Part shown: positions 12,198 through 23,648 of the stretch, one piece after another
Numbering within the stretch: the first letter of the stretch is position 1
Layout of the letters: each line of letters starts with the position of its first letter
NCBI GenBank assembly: GCA_012026655.1
Contig: JAAILG010001357.1
Span: 1-64,000 of the forward strand
DNA: 64,000 nt
From: Hydrolagus affinis
Lineage: Eukaryota
Reading direction: 5' to 3'
Translations under genes and position numbers: made by a program
Notes under the pieces: generated by a model
The model's database searches: none
The model's input: the letters and a program-made list of their open reading frames with translations, nothing else
What the model was told of the DNA's origin: nothing

Positions 12198-12751
12198 TGC
12201 TGCTGAAACTCTGGTCCATCCGTTGTCACCTCTTGGTTGGACTATTCCAATGCCCTCCTCTCAGTCTCCCCTCCACTACAATCTATAAAATCCAATTTGT
12301 ACAAAACTCTGCTGCCCACATTCTTACCCGCACCAAACTTCGTTCCTCCATTACTCCAGTCCTTGCCAGACACACTGGCTCCCTGTCCCAGAGATGATCG
12401 ATTTTAAGATCCTCACGCTTGTTTTAAAATCCCTCCACTCCTCTGCACCCCCCTACCTCTCCTCTCTCCTGAAACAGCACCCGTTGCCTTCGCTCGACTG
12501 CATCTGGCCTCCTCCTTGTCCCCATTATGCCACTATGCCCCGAGGCTCTGGAACTCCCTTCCTCACTCCCTTTGCCTTTCCCCCTCTCTTTCCAGTTTCA
12601 GGTCTCAGCTAAAGACCTTTCTCTTTCTCTTCAACCATGCCTTTGATCACCTTTCTCCCCCTGCCCCGGCTCGCCTCCGGGATCCGTTATTGTGAAGCGC
12701 TCTGAGATGTCGTCCGGCATGGAGGGCACTATATAAATCAAAGTTGTTGTT
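12198..12751 (+). mobile_element. L2-clade LINE, 5'-truncated
   Basis: Frameshifted AAETLVH...IQFVQNSAAHILTRTK...[14 protein letters not shown]; tail gcactatataaatcaaagttgttg. Confidence 0.9.
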
Positions 12752-12888
12752 TTTGTATGCACCTGATTGAATCAGTGTCTTTGCCTTGACATTTGTTATA
12801 CCAGCCTTTAAACGGGATGAGCTGCCAACAAATGAGCTCCATTATGTTTGTACATTTGCTAATATGCTCAGCATCTCTGCAGCCATCT

Positions 12889-13205
12889 ATAATAATAATC
12901 CTTGCATTTGATATAGCACCTTATCATGTCTTCGAGACATCTCAAAGCACTTCAATGCTTATAACATATCATTGATGATTGTGGAGCTACAAAAACAACT
13001 TGCATTTACATAATGCCCATCACAAAAGTTTACTTCCTGCATGACTGGGTTTAGATGCTGAGCAAGGGCGAGGATAAGTGGGAGGTGACCATCTATGTCG
13101 TTTAAGAGATGGGTTTAAAAACTGATGGTGATGGGGTGAGGTGGAGGGAAAGAGAAAGAAAATCCCAGGTGTGAGGGGCATAGCAATTGAAGGTTTGGCC
13201 ACAAA
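12889..13205 (-). mobile_element. SINE tail (12889-12955) plus older L2-like 3' fragment (12989-13205)
   Basis: ataataatccttgcatttgatatagc; aacaacttgcatttacataatgcc followed by degenerate L2-like sequence. Confidence 0.65.
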
Positions 13206-15402
13206 TGATAAGCTACTCAGTTTGGTAGAAGAAAGTTGAGATAAGGCTATCATATAAGTTTTTTTAAAAAAAATTATATTCCTCTTTTGTGCTATCCAAT
13301 AGACCTAGTAAAACATGGCTTGTAGACATCTTTTCTCAGAATACCATTTGCATTAGAAATATATAAAATTCTGTGTTCCGATGACTTTAAGGTACGATAA
13401 ATACATTTGCAATCAAAATAAGATGAACAAGAATGGAATGAGTGAAATGCATTTGGCTGGTCAAGCAAGCTCCTTTCACATACTCCTGAGTTCAACATCT
13501 GACCTTTCATATCAGGATTTCTTGTCTGGTACTCTATTATTTGGGGGATAGTTCTGTACATACATTTTCAGATTTCCCCAGAGAAATTCAATCTAAAACT
13601 CCAAAAGTTTCACCATGCTCCACAATTTAACAGCATGGAAATTGCTGTTTTCTGCAGTATTCTTGCACCTCAGGCAACCTCTCATTGTAGGCTATTGTTT
13701 TTATTGATGAAGCAGTGTAATTGATCCAATATCAATTGTTTTTGTTAGAAATTTGTTTCATATATCCACCAGTCTGTGGACAAAAAAACATACTAATTTC
13801 CAATCTCACATGAGACTTGTTAATATTAACCTTATTTCCTCCAGCTCTATTTCTACTACTCATAGTAGAAGCCAAATCACCTGTTTACATTTATACCATC
13901 AATGCATCTCAGCATAACAAAACTACCGCATCTATAAAGTATGGGACTCCTTGATGTCTCCTGACCTTGAGGCATATGTCGTTTCTTTGTACTTTAAAAT
14001 GGGTTGTCCTCAGATGATTGGTATTTGAAGTTGAACAGTCTCATTAAATGCCAAGAGAAGGAAGTTTTCTTGGTTAACAATTGTCCAGATGAAACTGGTC
14101 ATTGGCTTCATAGCTAATTGGGGACAGTGCTACGAATGTACTTTATATAAAATATGAAGCCCATTTGAGAAAGTCTCGTCATTTCTATATCAAATGTAAG
14201 GATTATTATTATTATTGTTGTTTTATTATGTAGAGCCTCAACAATAACAAGTGTACCTTCTATGGTTGATTACAAGATACTGGTGCATCTGTGATTTTTT
14301 GGTGACTGATTTACAATTATTTTGTACAATTATTGAACTTTACAATTCATTTTCATTAATATGGTTTTATATTTTCAGATATAAACCTCTGCTATTGTAT
14401 TACTGCATGATTCCTTTGTAAGCTCTGCCTTGTCTTTATTGTGATACAACATTTTTTTGTTGTGGTGAATAATTTTTACACACTTATGCATAATGCCGAT
14501 TTTGTTTGGAACAAATTAAACTTTGAAATCCTTATTTTCTTTTTTCAGGAATCATAAACTATCTGTTCATTGCTACGGCACCTATTTCCTGCTACTTGGA
14601 ATAATGTCCTTTCTGAAAGTCAATTAACAATATGACAGAACCTTTCAATTGCCATATTTATAATCTACAGAAGGTTATGGGTGTTACTTTTGGATGACTG
14701 AGGTCTGGCTGTGAAACTTGTATAAACACATTGAGATCAAACACACATTTGCTCTCCATATGGTGGTCATGATTATTAACAGCAGAGGAACTTTTTGAAT
14801 TCAGCATAGTTGGAGGACATGAACAACATAATGGTGCCTTCCACCGCCTCACCCCACCCCCAGATGAGTCAAAGTTCACAGTGAAAACAAAGTAGAAATA
14901 TTAGCATAGTATATAATAGTATAGTATATTAGTGCTCTAATGTGAACAAAGGTAGGACAATCCTTATACAGTACCCACATTAATTTCCACATCATGTGTT
15001 CCTAATCTCAACTATGCTATTAGGTGAGAGTTTCCCACCTCCTAATCTTAGAATGGTCCAATATGTTGTGTGTTACAAATTGCAATGAATCAATTTGGTT
15101 CAGACCTCCCTTGTAAATGACCTCCCTTGTACTTGCCCTCCCTGTAGATTTAATTGTACTGATTAGGGGATACAATTATATAAGCATTATTCATACATCT
15201 AATGGTCAAGTCATGTAATAGTTTCCAGACAGCCACAATCAAATATTAACTAACCAGAACACAAGAAAGATTTTCTTCTTAACATAGCCTCTAATGCCAT
15301 GAAATGCTAGAATATATGTTTTTTTTCTTCTGCAGTATACCATACAAAGAGGTTTTAGTTTCATTTATACGTGATAATAATCAATGAATAATAATTCAGG
15401 CA

Positions 15403-16360
15403 AAAATGCAAAATACTGCAGATGCTGGAAATCTGAAACAAAAACAGAAATTGCTGAGAACAACAACAACAAAATTGCACTTGTATAGCACCTTTCACAT
15501 CACTAAGCAGATCAGGCAGCATCTATGGAGAAAGGAAAGTGAGTCAACATTTCGGGTCCACAGCCCTTTGTCAGAACTGGGATATGTTCGGAAGGAGAGG
15601 CTTTATAGGACTAACAGAGAGGGAGAGGCAGGGCAAGCAAGATAAAGAAGATAATGGGGTACAGGAGAGGAGATGATGTGTTAAAGAGTTGTTAATGTTC
15701 CAAAACATACGGATGGGGGATTGCAATTCAACTGGAGAGAATGGGTATCAATAACATTAAACAAATAAGGGATCAAATTGCAAAAGAACAGGTAGACAAG
15801 ATGGTCATAGGAGAGGGGAAGGGGAAGATGAGCTGTTAAGGCATGAAATGATTGAAATCAATATTGAGGCCAGAGGGCTGTAAGGTCCTTAGTAGATAGA
15901 TACGGTGCTGTTCTTTGAGCTTGCACTGCAGTTCATTGGAACAGAGTAGGAGACCATCGATGGAGAGGTCAGACTGCATGTGGGAAAGAGAGTTGAAATG
16001 GCAAGAAACTGATAGATTAGAGTTGTACTTGTGAACAGAATGGAGGTGTTCGGCAAATTGGTCACTCAATCTGCATTTGGTCTCCCCATTGTAGAGGAGA
16101 CCAGATTGTGAGCAGCTGGTGCAAGATACTACATTGATAGTAGCACATGCAAATCGCTGTCTCACATAAAAACTGTGCTTGAGACCTTGGACAGTGGTCT
16201 GGAAGGTGGTGAAAGGGCAGATATTACACCTGTAACACTGCCAGGGGAAGGAGAGCAACTATTGGTGTTGATGAAGGACTGTACCAGCTAGTCACGGAGG
16301 GATTGGCCCCTTTGGAATGCTAACAGATGATGGAGGGAATTATATGACTTGTGGTTGGTT
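15403..16360 (-). mobile_element. Penelope-like element, 3' part with GIY-YIG endonuclease remnant and pseudo-LTR
   Basis: ORF 15836-16258 reads NVVSCTSCSQSGLLYNGETKCRLSDQFAEHL...HFN...LRTLQPSGLN, the PLE GIY-YIG pattern (CxxC, YIGET, R, EH, GLN); terminal repeat shared with 48790, 49767 and 50280; short L2 tail inserted at ~15459-15503. Confidence 0.9.
15541..15579 (-). ncRNA. Decayed minimal type I hammerhead ribozyme motif
   Basis: Minus strand cagtt-CTGACAA-agggctgtggaccc-GAAA-tgtt-gactc; core carries substitutions. Confidence 0.6.
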
Positions 16361-16744
16361 CAACAACAACTTTGATTTATATAGCGCCCTCCACGCCGGA
16401 CGGTGTCTCAGAGCACTTCACAATAGCGGATCCCAGGACTGAGCCAGAGGCAGGAGTAGTAAGGTGACCAAAGGCACGGTCAAAGAGAAAGGTCTTCAGC
16501 TGGGACCTGAAGCTGAGAAAAGAGGGAGCGAGGCGAAGGTAGTGAGGAAGGGAATTCCACAGCCTCGGGGCATAGTGGCTGAAGGCACGGCCGCCGAGGA
16601 TGGAGCGGAGGATTCGGGAGACATGGAGGATGCCAGACCCAGTGGAGCGAAGGCAACTGGAGCTGGTTTGGGGAGAGAGGAGGTCAGAGAGGTAGGGGGG
16701 TGCAGAGGAGTGGAGGGATTTGACAATGGCTTTTGGGGTGAGGT
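16361..16744 (-). mobile_element. L2-clade LINE 3' end
   Basis: [15 protein letters not shown]...[17 protein letters not shown]...[10 protein letters not shown]; (CAA)n tail at 16361. Confidence 0.92.
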
Positions 16745-17343
16745 CCACGCCGAAACCTTGGTCCACGTCTTTGTCACCTCTCGGCTGGACTATTGCAATG
16801 CCCTCCTCACCGGTCTCCCCTCCACCACAATCCACAAAATCCAGTTTATCCAAAACTCTGTCGCCAGCATACTCACCCGCTCTAAGCTTCGCTCCCCCAT
16901 TACCCCAGGCCTTGCCAGACTTCATTGGCTCCCTATCCCAGAGAGGATCGACTTCAAGATCCTCACCCTTGTTTTCAAATCTCTCCACTCCTCTGTACCC
17001 CCCTATCTCTCTGATCTCCTCTCCCACCAACTCAGCACCCTCTGCCTTTGCTCCTCTGGGTCTGGCCACTTCCATGTCCCCTGAATCCTCCGCTCCACCC
17101 TCGGCGGCCGTGCCTTTAGCCACTACGCCCCGAGGCTCTGGAACTTCATTCCTCACTCCCTTCGCCTCGCCCCCTCTCTTCCCAGTTTCAGGTCACAGTT
17201 GAAGACCTTTCTCTTCGGCTGAGCTTTTGGTCACTTTTCTGCCCCTGCCCCTGGCTCGGTCCCGGGATCTGCTACTGTGAAGCACTCTGAGACGCCATCC
17301 GGCGTGGAGGGCGCTATATAAATCAAAGTTGTTGTTGTTGTTG
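16745..17343 (+). mobile_element. L2-clade LINE, 5'-truncated, relatively young
   Basis: [20 protein letters not shown]...[15 protein letters not shown]; tail gcgctatataaatcaaa(gtt)n; CpGs retained. Confidence 0.95.
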
Positions 17344-17582
17344 TATTGCTGGAGACAGGCTATCCGTTGGAGGTGAAAGAAGGCGATGCTGGTGAGGACC
17401 GGATGTGGGGGAGGAGGGACAGTTGGGGGTCAAACCTGACGTCAAGGTTGCACACAGGTTCAGAGAATTTCAGGGGGAGACCGGGAAGGTGAAGGAGGTG
17501 AGAGCCATGTGAATGGAGACGTTGACAAGAGCCAAAGAGTAAGGCCTCCATCTTGTCAACATTCAGCTGCAAGAAATTTACA
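17344..17582 (-). mobile_element. L2 RT C-terminal fragment
   Basis: NFLQLNVDKMEALLFG...VCNLDVRFDPQLS and AFFHLQRIACLQQY on the minus strand. Confidence 0.88.
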
Positions 17583-17685
17583 AAGAACCTTGATAGGGTT
17601 GACCTAGTCCTCAACATCCACACCACCAGTCTCAATATCCAATGGATAATTTTACGCCATTTCCAGCAACTCCAGCATGACGCCA
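17583..17685 (+). mobile_element. Penelope-like element, inverted 5' segment (RT-endonuclease linker)
   Basis: KNLDRVDLVLNIHTTSLNIQWIILRHFQQLQHDA resembles the PLE linker that precedes the PTTSHI... sequence read leftwards from 16360. Confidence 0.7.
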
Positions 17686-18085
17686 TGAAGCGAACCACCT
17701 GCTGCCTCGACCCCATCCCCACCAACCAACTGCTCACCCCTCCTCTGCCCACTGCTGGCTGATATCATCAACCGGTCCCTCTCCACAGGATCAGTCCCTG
17801 CCCCACTCAAAACTGGTGTCATCACCCCACTCCTTAAAAAGCCCTCCCAAGATCCCTTAAACCCTAGCCACTACCGCCCTATTTCAAACCTGCCCTTCCT
17901 TTCAAAAGCACTGGAACGCGTAGTTGCAAACCAACTCCGCGCCCACCTCTCCTCCCACTCCGTGCCCACCTCTCCTCCCACTCCCTCTTCGAACCCCTCC
18001 AGTCCAGTTTCCGCCCTGCCCACAGTACAGAGACTGCGCTTGTGAAAGTCACAAACAATGTCCTCTCTATCTATGACCAGCACTC
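17683..18085 (+). mobile_element. L2 RT N-terminal fragment
   Basis: MKRTTCCLDPIPT...VITPLLKKP...YRPISNLPFLSKALERVVANQL...HSTETALVKVTN; homologous to 46510-46870; contains a 23-bp tandem duplication at ~17941-17985. Confidence 0.92.
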
Positions 18086-18185
18086 CCTTGTGCATAGTAC
18101 AATGCTCATGAAGACATGAGGTGAATAACAACTTTCTCTGGGAATTTGTTAGACACCAGGAGAACTTGGATTACTGGCATGGAAT

Positions 18186-18840
18186 CTTTATATAGTGCCT
18201 TTCATGTTGGGTGAATGTCCCAAGGCACTGGACAGACCAGGGTTTGGACCCAAGCTAGGGGTTAGATTTAGGGATTGTAGGAAAAAGTGTGTAAGGAGTG
18301 GAATGCATGCTGACAATGGCGTGGTCCTTGATCTACTTGAGGAAGAGATAAAGGGCAAACATTTGGGATGGAATTCCAGGGAATGAGGGCAGAAAGGCTC
18401 AAAACCTGACACCTGATGGTGGGGCGAGCAGGATAGGTGACATGAAGCAAACCAGTTCCTGCCAAGCAGAGAGAGAGTGGGTGGGTTGTTAGGGTTTAAG
18501 AAGGATACAGAGATAGGGTGGGACAAGACCATGGAGCGATTTAAAAGTGAGGATGAGGAACTTGAACTCAACTCTCTTGGGATGTGTGGGAGATGCAGAG
18601 TTCTGAATAATCTGCAGTTTGTGGAGGGAAGAGTTAGAAAGTCTGGAGACCAGAGAGTAAGTAGTCAAGCATGGATGTGATGAAAGCATGGATAACGGTT
18701 TTGGTGATGCAATGCTGAGAGATAGAGGAAAGCTGAATGAGACAGAGAACAGATGTGGGGTTTAAGACATCCCTCCAGCACCTTGGGACATCCTCCCCAT
18801 GTGAAAGGCACTCTACAAATGTAATATTGTTGTTATTGTT
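18186..18840 (-). mobile_element. Older L2 3' fragment (minus) followed by a short L2 tail (plus, 18775-18840)
   Basis: LHKLQIIQNSA...RVEFKFLILTFKSLHGLVPPYL; cagcaccttgggacatcc...ctctacaaatgtaatattgttgtt. Confidence 0.8.
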
Positions 18841-19077
18841 GTGAAAACGATAAGCAAAGTTGAGTCAAACAAGACACCGAGGTACCATACCATCTTTGAG
18901 GTAGAGTATGAATCCTTGTGGAGAGATGCTGTCAGTGCCTGAAGTAAGAATGTGCCAATGGGAGTCAAACAGGAGTGTTTTTGCCCCATTAACTATCAAC
19001 TGGAGAAAGTTATCTCTCATCTAGAACCGGCAGACCAAAAGCCGACACTTTAAAATAAGATCTCCAACAATGCAGAA

Positions 19078-19175
19078 ATAATAATAATAATAATAATTCT
19101 TGCATTTCATATAGCGCTTTTTCACATCTTAGCAATGTCTCAAAGCACTTTACAGAATACACTGTATGTTTGTGG
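19078..19175 (-). mobile_element. tRNA-derived SINE, 3' fragment
   Basis: (aat)n tcttgcatttcatatagcgctttttcac...acagaatac. Confidence 0.85.
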
Positions 19176-20029
19176 GTGATATCCATCAGCATTGCATTAG
19201 AGTCAGCCTAGACTGTTGAGGGTTCCTATTTTCATCCTGTGGTCATTTAACTCACTAAACAACACCACATAGAGTATATGCTAAACTAAATCTCCTCATC
19301 GTCTTGTTATGCATCTTTTTCACCAGCTAAACATTTGCACAGTAAACTCTTTTATTTCAAACACAACCGAGACTTCATGTATTTTGAATGCAGGAGCAAC
19401 AGGAAGAAGCAGAGAGCAGACAAGTAAGGAACAACTTGGCAAAGGGTGACAGGACATAAATTCAGAACCCCTAAGGCCATATTAATGAACATTGCACATG
19501 AAAGTACAACAAAGGGATTTAGCAAGGAAAGCAACACAGTTCCTAAAGTGGCCACTCTAAGTACCAAGTACAGAATGAAGAGGAGAGGATTCAGAACACT
19601 GAACGCTTTATGCAATCCTTAGGCAGCCTCTATAAAGCATGCTGCAGTGGATGTCAGGTCAGGTTAGTACAGGGTTCAACCTGGAAAACTCATCAACTCT
19701 TGCTGCCAAGGCTCACATATTGACAGGGTGAGAAACACAGCATGTGATATGGTAATGACGGTTATCATGCTGTGGGAAATTCCACAGCTGGAGACATCCC
19801 AGTTGATAATTATCACAGGGAAACACCCCCAGAATTCATGGAAAAACATTTCACCCAAAAGCCAATTGGTTATAGCTGATAATCATTATATTGAATCTGT
19901 TATGAAATGTCACAGAATTAATCCCTCCAACCATCTAATGGTCACTTGGGAAATCTATCAGAATGTGACTGGCTTTCATTCTAAATCCATATCCCTGATA
20001 TTCCACAGGAGTAAAATGAAGCAATATAA

Positions 20030-20750
20030 TCACAGATAGTTGCAAGATAGTAGGCCATCCAGCCCATCAAGTGTGTATCACTCATATCTGTATAATCAAC
20101 CCTTACTATTAATCTCAATTTCCAGTTCCTTCTTCATATCCTTCAAAATATTTTTACTATTCAGTTGCTTATGGTTTTCCTTTGAATGATTATACAGTAA
20201 AACCTTGTTTATCCAGTACCCAACCAACCGACATACTCAACCAACCGGTATCTCCCAATTGTAATGGGAGATCCGGGACACTCACGATATACTCACTTTG
20301 CACATGTGCACTTATTAAAATTACCGAATGCTGGAATGCTTTTTTACCAATCATTTTACTGAGTGTGCTATAATGCTTTATCAGTAAGTATCCATACAAT
20401 ATTCTGTTATTAATATGGTATGTTTTAAAATAAATAATTTTTTTGTGTAGGATTTTCGGCAACTTGCCACTCGAATATCCAACACACATCTAACTGGCAG
20501 ATTTAAGGTCCCAAGGGTGCCAGATAATGAAGGTTTTATTGTAATGTTCCAACCTCAGTAGCCACTTGTGAAAAGGAGTTCCAAACTGTAAAAAAACTGT
20601 GTGAAAATATTAACTTCCAAATGCATTCCTTTTTGTTCTGCTAATAATCCTGAGATAGTGCCACCAAATTTTCCAGATTAAGAAAATAGAGTCACCTTTT
20701 TTCTATTTGCCTTGTAATGTGTCCTTCAGAATTCTAAAAATCTGTTTCAC
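20030..20750 (-). mobile_element. Old CR1 3' fragment split by the MITE at 20195
   Basis: aggccatccagcccatc terminus and degenerate ggagttccaaactgt...tgtgtgaaaata body, typical of reverse-strand CR1 3' ends. Confidence 0.5.
20195..20541. mobile_element. Tc1/mariner (pogo/Tigger-type) MITE, 347 bp
   Basis: TA-cagtaaaaccttgtttatccagtacc...ggtgccagataatgaaggttttattg-TA: ~26-bp imperfect TIRs with TA target duplication. Confidence 0.85.
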
Positions 20751-20764
20751 AACCAGACTCCCAG

Positions 20765-21320
20765 CACATGCTTTTCCACACATTTGTCACTTTCCGACTG
20801 GACTATTTGAATGCCCTCCTCACTGGTCTCCCCAGCTCCACTATACATGAAATCTAATTAATTAAAAGTTCTGCTGCCTGGATATTCACCTGCACAAAAC
20901 TCTGTATCCACATCAAAGCAGTCCTTGCCTTGCTGCACTGGATCCCAATCACTGAAAAGTTTGATTTCTAGATCTTCTTATTCATTTTCATATCACTTCA
21001 TTCTCTTGCACCTACCTATTATCCAAACTGCTTAGCCCCCTCCACCACCTTTACTTGGCTGGCTCCAGCCTCCTATTTGTCACTTGTGCCCTAGTGGCTT
21101 CAGCCACTATGACCAGGTACTCTGGAATTCTCTCCCTCACTCTCTTTGGCTTGCCTCCTCCTTCCCCACCTTCAAATCCTTTCTAAAAACCGTCCTTTTT
21201 GATCAAGTTTTCGGTCACTTCCCCTCCCTCTCCCCCTGGCTCGTTGTCAGACTCAGCAAAAGCGAAGCATGTAAACCCTACACCATATAAAAGGCACTAT
21301 ATAAAAGCAAATTGTTGTTA
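20765..21320 (+). mobile_element. Old L2 3' fragment
   Basis: Degenerate [17 protein letters not shown]...LWNSLPHSL...FKSFLKTVLF; tail aaggcactatataaaagcaaattgttg. Confidence 0.85.
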
Positions 21321-21987
21321 GTTGTAGATGAATAGGGAAGAGAAGAACATTATAACATAAAAGAAGGTAAACATAAATCAGGAATCGCATGAATGTCAGA
21401 TGCAGAATTAATGTGCAGCTTAGCCAGCTGGAAACCATGAGAGATGCCATGACAATTTAAAGTATTGATTGAAAAAGGGACTTCACATAAATTATTTAGA
21501 TACATTTTTGGAATCCACAGTATCAGAGATGAACTGAAATGTTGAGTCTTTTTACGTACTAACCACAAACTTCAGGAGAGCCATGAATGTTTCATAGTTT
21601 AAAATCAATTTGATGATAAGAAATAAAGTATATTCTTTTAATGGACATTTATTAAACTAAGTGAAGTGAAAAGAAGCACATTTAAAGAGAATGTCCACAA
21701 TAATTTAAATGTGACAGTGTATCTGGTAATATGATGTACTAAAGTTGATTCAGTCTCTATTGCATCTCTACATAAGAGTCAACAACGATCATTGTTCATG
21801 GAAGATTTGTAAAGAGTGCTACTACAATGGGGTGCAGAGGAAAACAGTTAGTTCATTGAAATAGTCCAAACATAAATGATCCACTCAAATTAGTTAGACT
21901 TCAGGATGCTACTTCAAAGTGCTCTCTCTATATATATATATCACATATACAGTAAATATATATATAATATATATATAATCACATATA

Positions 21988-22650
21988 CAGTAAAAGCCTG
22001 TTTATCCGGCACCTGCAAGACCTGGCCAATGCCGGTTAAATCACCTGCTGGATATTCGGGCGGCCCGCAGCCGAAGACCCACTACAACAAAATATAAAGT
22101 TATTTTAACACACACCGTACACACCAGACTAAGTAATAACAGATAATAACAGAATGTTATATTGGTACTTATTGTAAAAAATACTCTCTTGCACTTCTTA
22201 CCTTTACTGATTGAGGTTTACAGTCCAGTGATTCATTTTTAAGTGGAGGACACCAAGTGGATGAAAAAAACGGCAGCGCGATTTTAAAGTCGTGCGACTT
22301 TACTAGCGGCAAGCAGAAGCCCTAGACTCTACTAGCAGCAAACTGAAATATTACACCTGCGCGACAATGTGGGTTATCGGCTAGCGTTATCGGCTTGCCG
22401 CAAGTATGACTTTAAAGTCGCGCTCCGTTTTTTTCACCAGCTTGGCGTGCTCCATTTTAAAAAGAATCGCTGGACTATAAACCTCAACTGCAGATTCATG
22501 GCGTCAAGCGCAGCATCTACTAGCAAAGATAAAAAACGCAAGAGAGTAGTTTTAACAATAAGTACCAATACAATATTCTGTTATTATCTGTTATTATTTA
22601 TGCATTTACAAATGCTCCACTGCTGTTGTTCCGGATAAGCTCCGGTTTAT
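21988..22650. mobile_element. Tigger/pogo-derived non-autonomous element with internal foldback
   Basis: Left TIR TA-cagtaaaagcctgtttatccggcacc related to the 20195 MITE; inverted arms 22130-22317 and 22390-22600; 22498-22560 encodes MASSAASTSKDKKRKRVVLTI, a Tigger/Jerky-like N-terminus; right TIR not clearly present. Confidence 0.75.
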
Positions 22651-23335
22651 AGAATGGGGACTTTTTTTTGGCGTGCAACAGTGGATGAAGGCCATCTTCT
22701 CAGTCAATTCCACAGAGTAATCCAGCCGCTTGCTGAGTTGGCAGTGGATGATTAGGCCCAGGTCCTGCAGTCAATGCAGGAGAAGCAAATTGTTGTAAGG
22801 GAATCATCAGACAAAGAAGGCTATGACCAGACCCACCACAGGCTTCCTGGGCTTTCTACTTGCTGATGACATTGCAGGACCTGACTGAAGCGGGTGTGGA
22901 AGAAGATCATGTCGAGGAACGGGGTGACAATGCTGAGTATATAATTTGGCTTTGAATGGGGATAAAAGTGTCCAGAACAAAACAATAATGATTAAAATAT
23001 CAGGAACACATGGAGTTTCCACCTCTATGGGCTGTGAGAAGGTAAATAACATTTCACTTTCATATCTGTAAATTATCTCTAAAGTGTATAGATTCATCAG
23101 AACTTTTTTGCAACACATGTTCAATCATTGAGCACATTCAAACAGAAATCTAAATTGCTAATGCTTTGCTATGTCATGCTTTATCTCTTTTCAGATCACT
23201 ATCTTATTTTAATAATAACAAGTTGTGGTGTAGTTATCCACTGTCATCACAATTAGAGGTAATAATTTAGAAACTCTAACCTTTTTTTAAAACAGAGATA
23301 AGGCAGTTTCTCTGCTGGTAACCTACTGATACATT

Positions 23336-23648
23336 GAGTCCTGTAACTCTGGTTAGAGGACTCACCTTGCAAGCAAGGGACTCGGGTTCAATTCCAGGCT
23401 GGTCAGGGCGAAACCTTGGGCACGTTTCCTTACTCCACACGCCTAATAATAATCCCTCGGAAATCCCCCACCCAAAATAAATAGATCATTTTCAATACAT
23501 GACTGTTTGTGGCACACTGTTATGTGTGCCGTGTTTGATCCAAAAATATACAGTCAATTAACTTTACAGTATATTCTGTGAAACGCTTTGAGATGTTTCG
23601 AAGAAGTGATAAGGCGCTATATCAAATGCAAGAATTATCATCATTATA
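23336..23648 (+). mobile_element. tRNA-derived SINE, full length
   Basis: Head gagtcctgtaactctggttagagg...cttgcaag...ggttcaattcc (TGC, Ala-like), Deu-like body and L2-type tail. Confidence 0.92.

Noticed and set aside
14550-14625. Acceptor ttttttcag with a short hydrophobic frame
   Set aside because: No convincing donor and no recognisable peptide.
16377-17156. Longest ORFs (259 aa minus, 206 aa plus) as genes
   Set aside because: They are chimeras of antisense and sense frames across two back-to-back L2 fragments.
19394-19423. 30-nt micro-exon candidate (EQQEEAESRQ, then gtaagg)
   Set aside because: Poor polypyrimidine tract; expected by chance in 64 kb.
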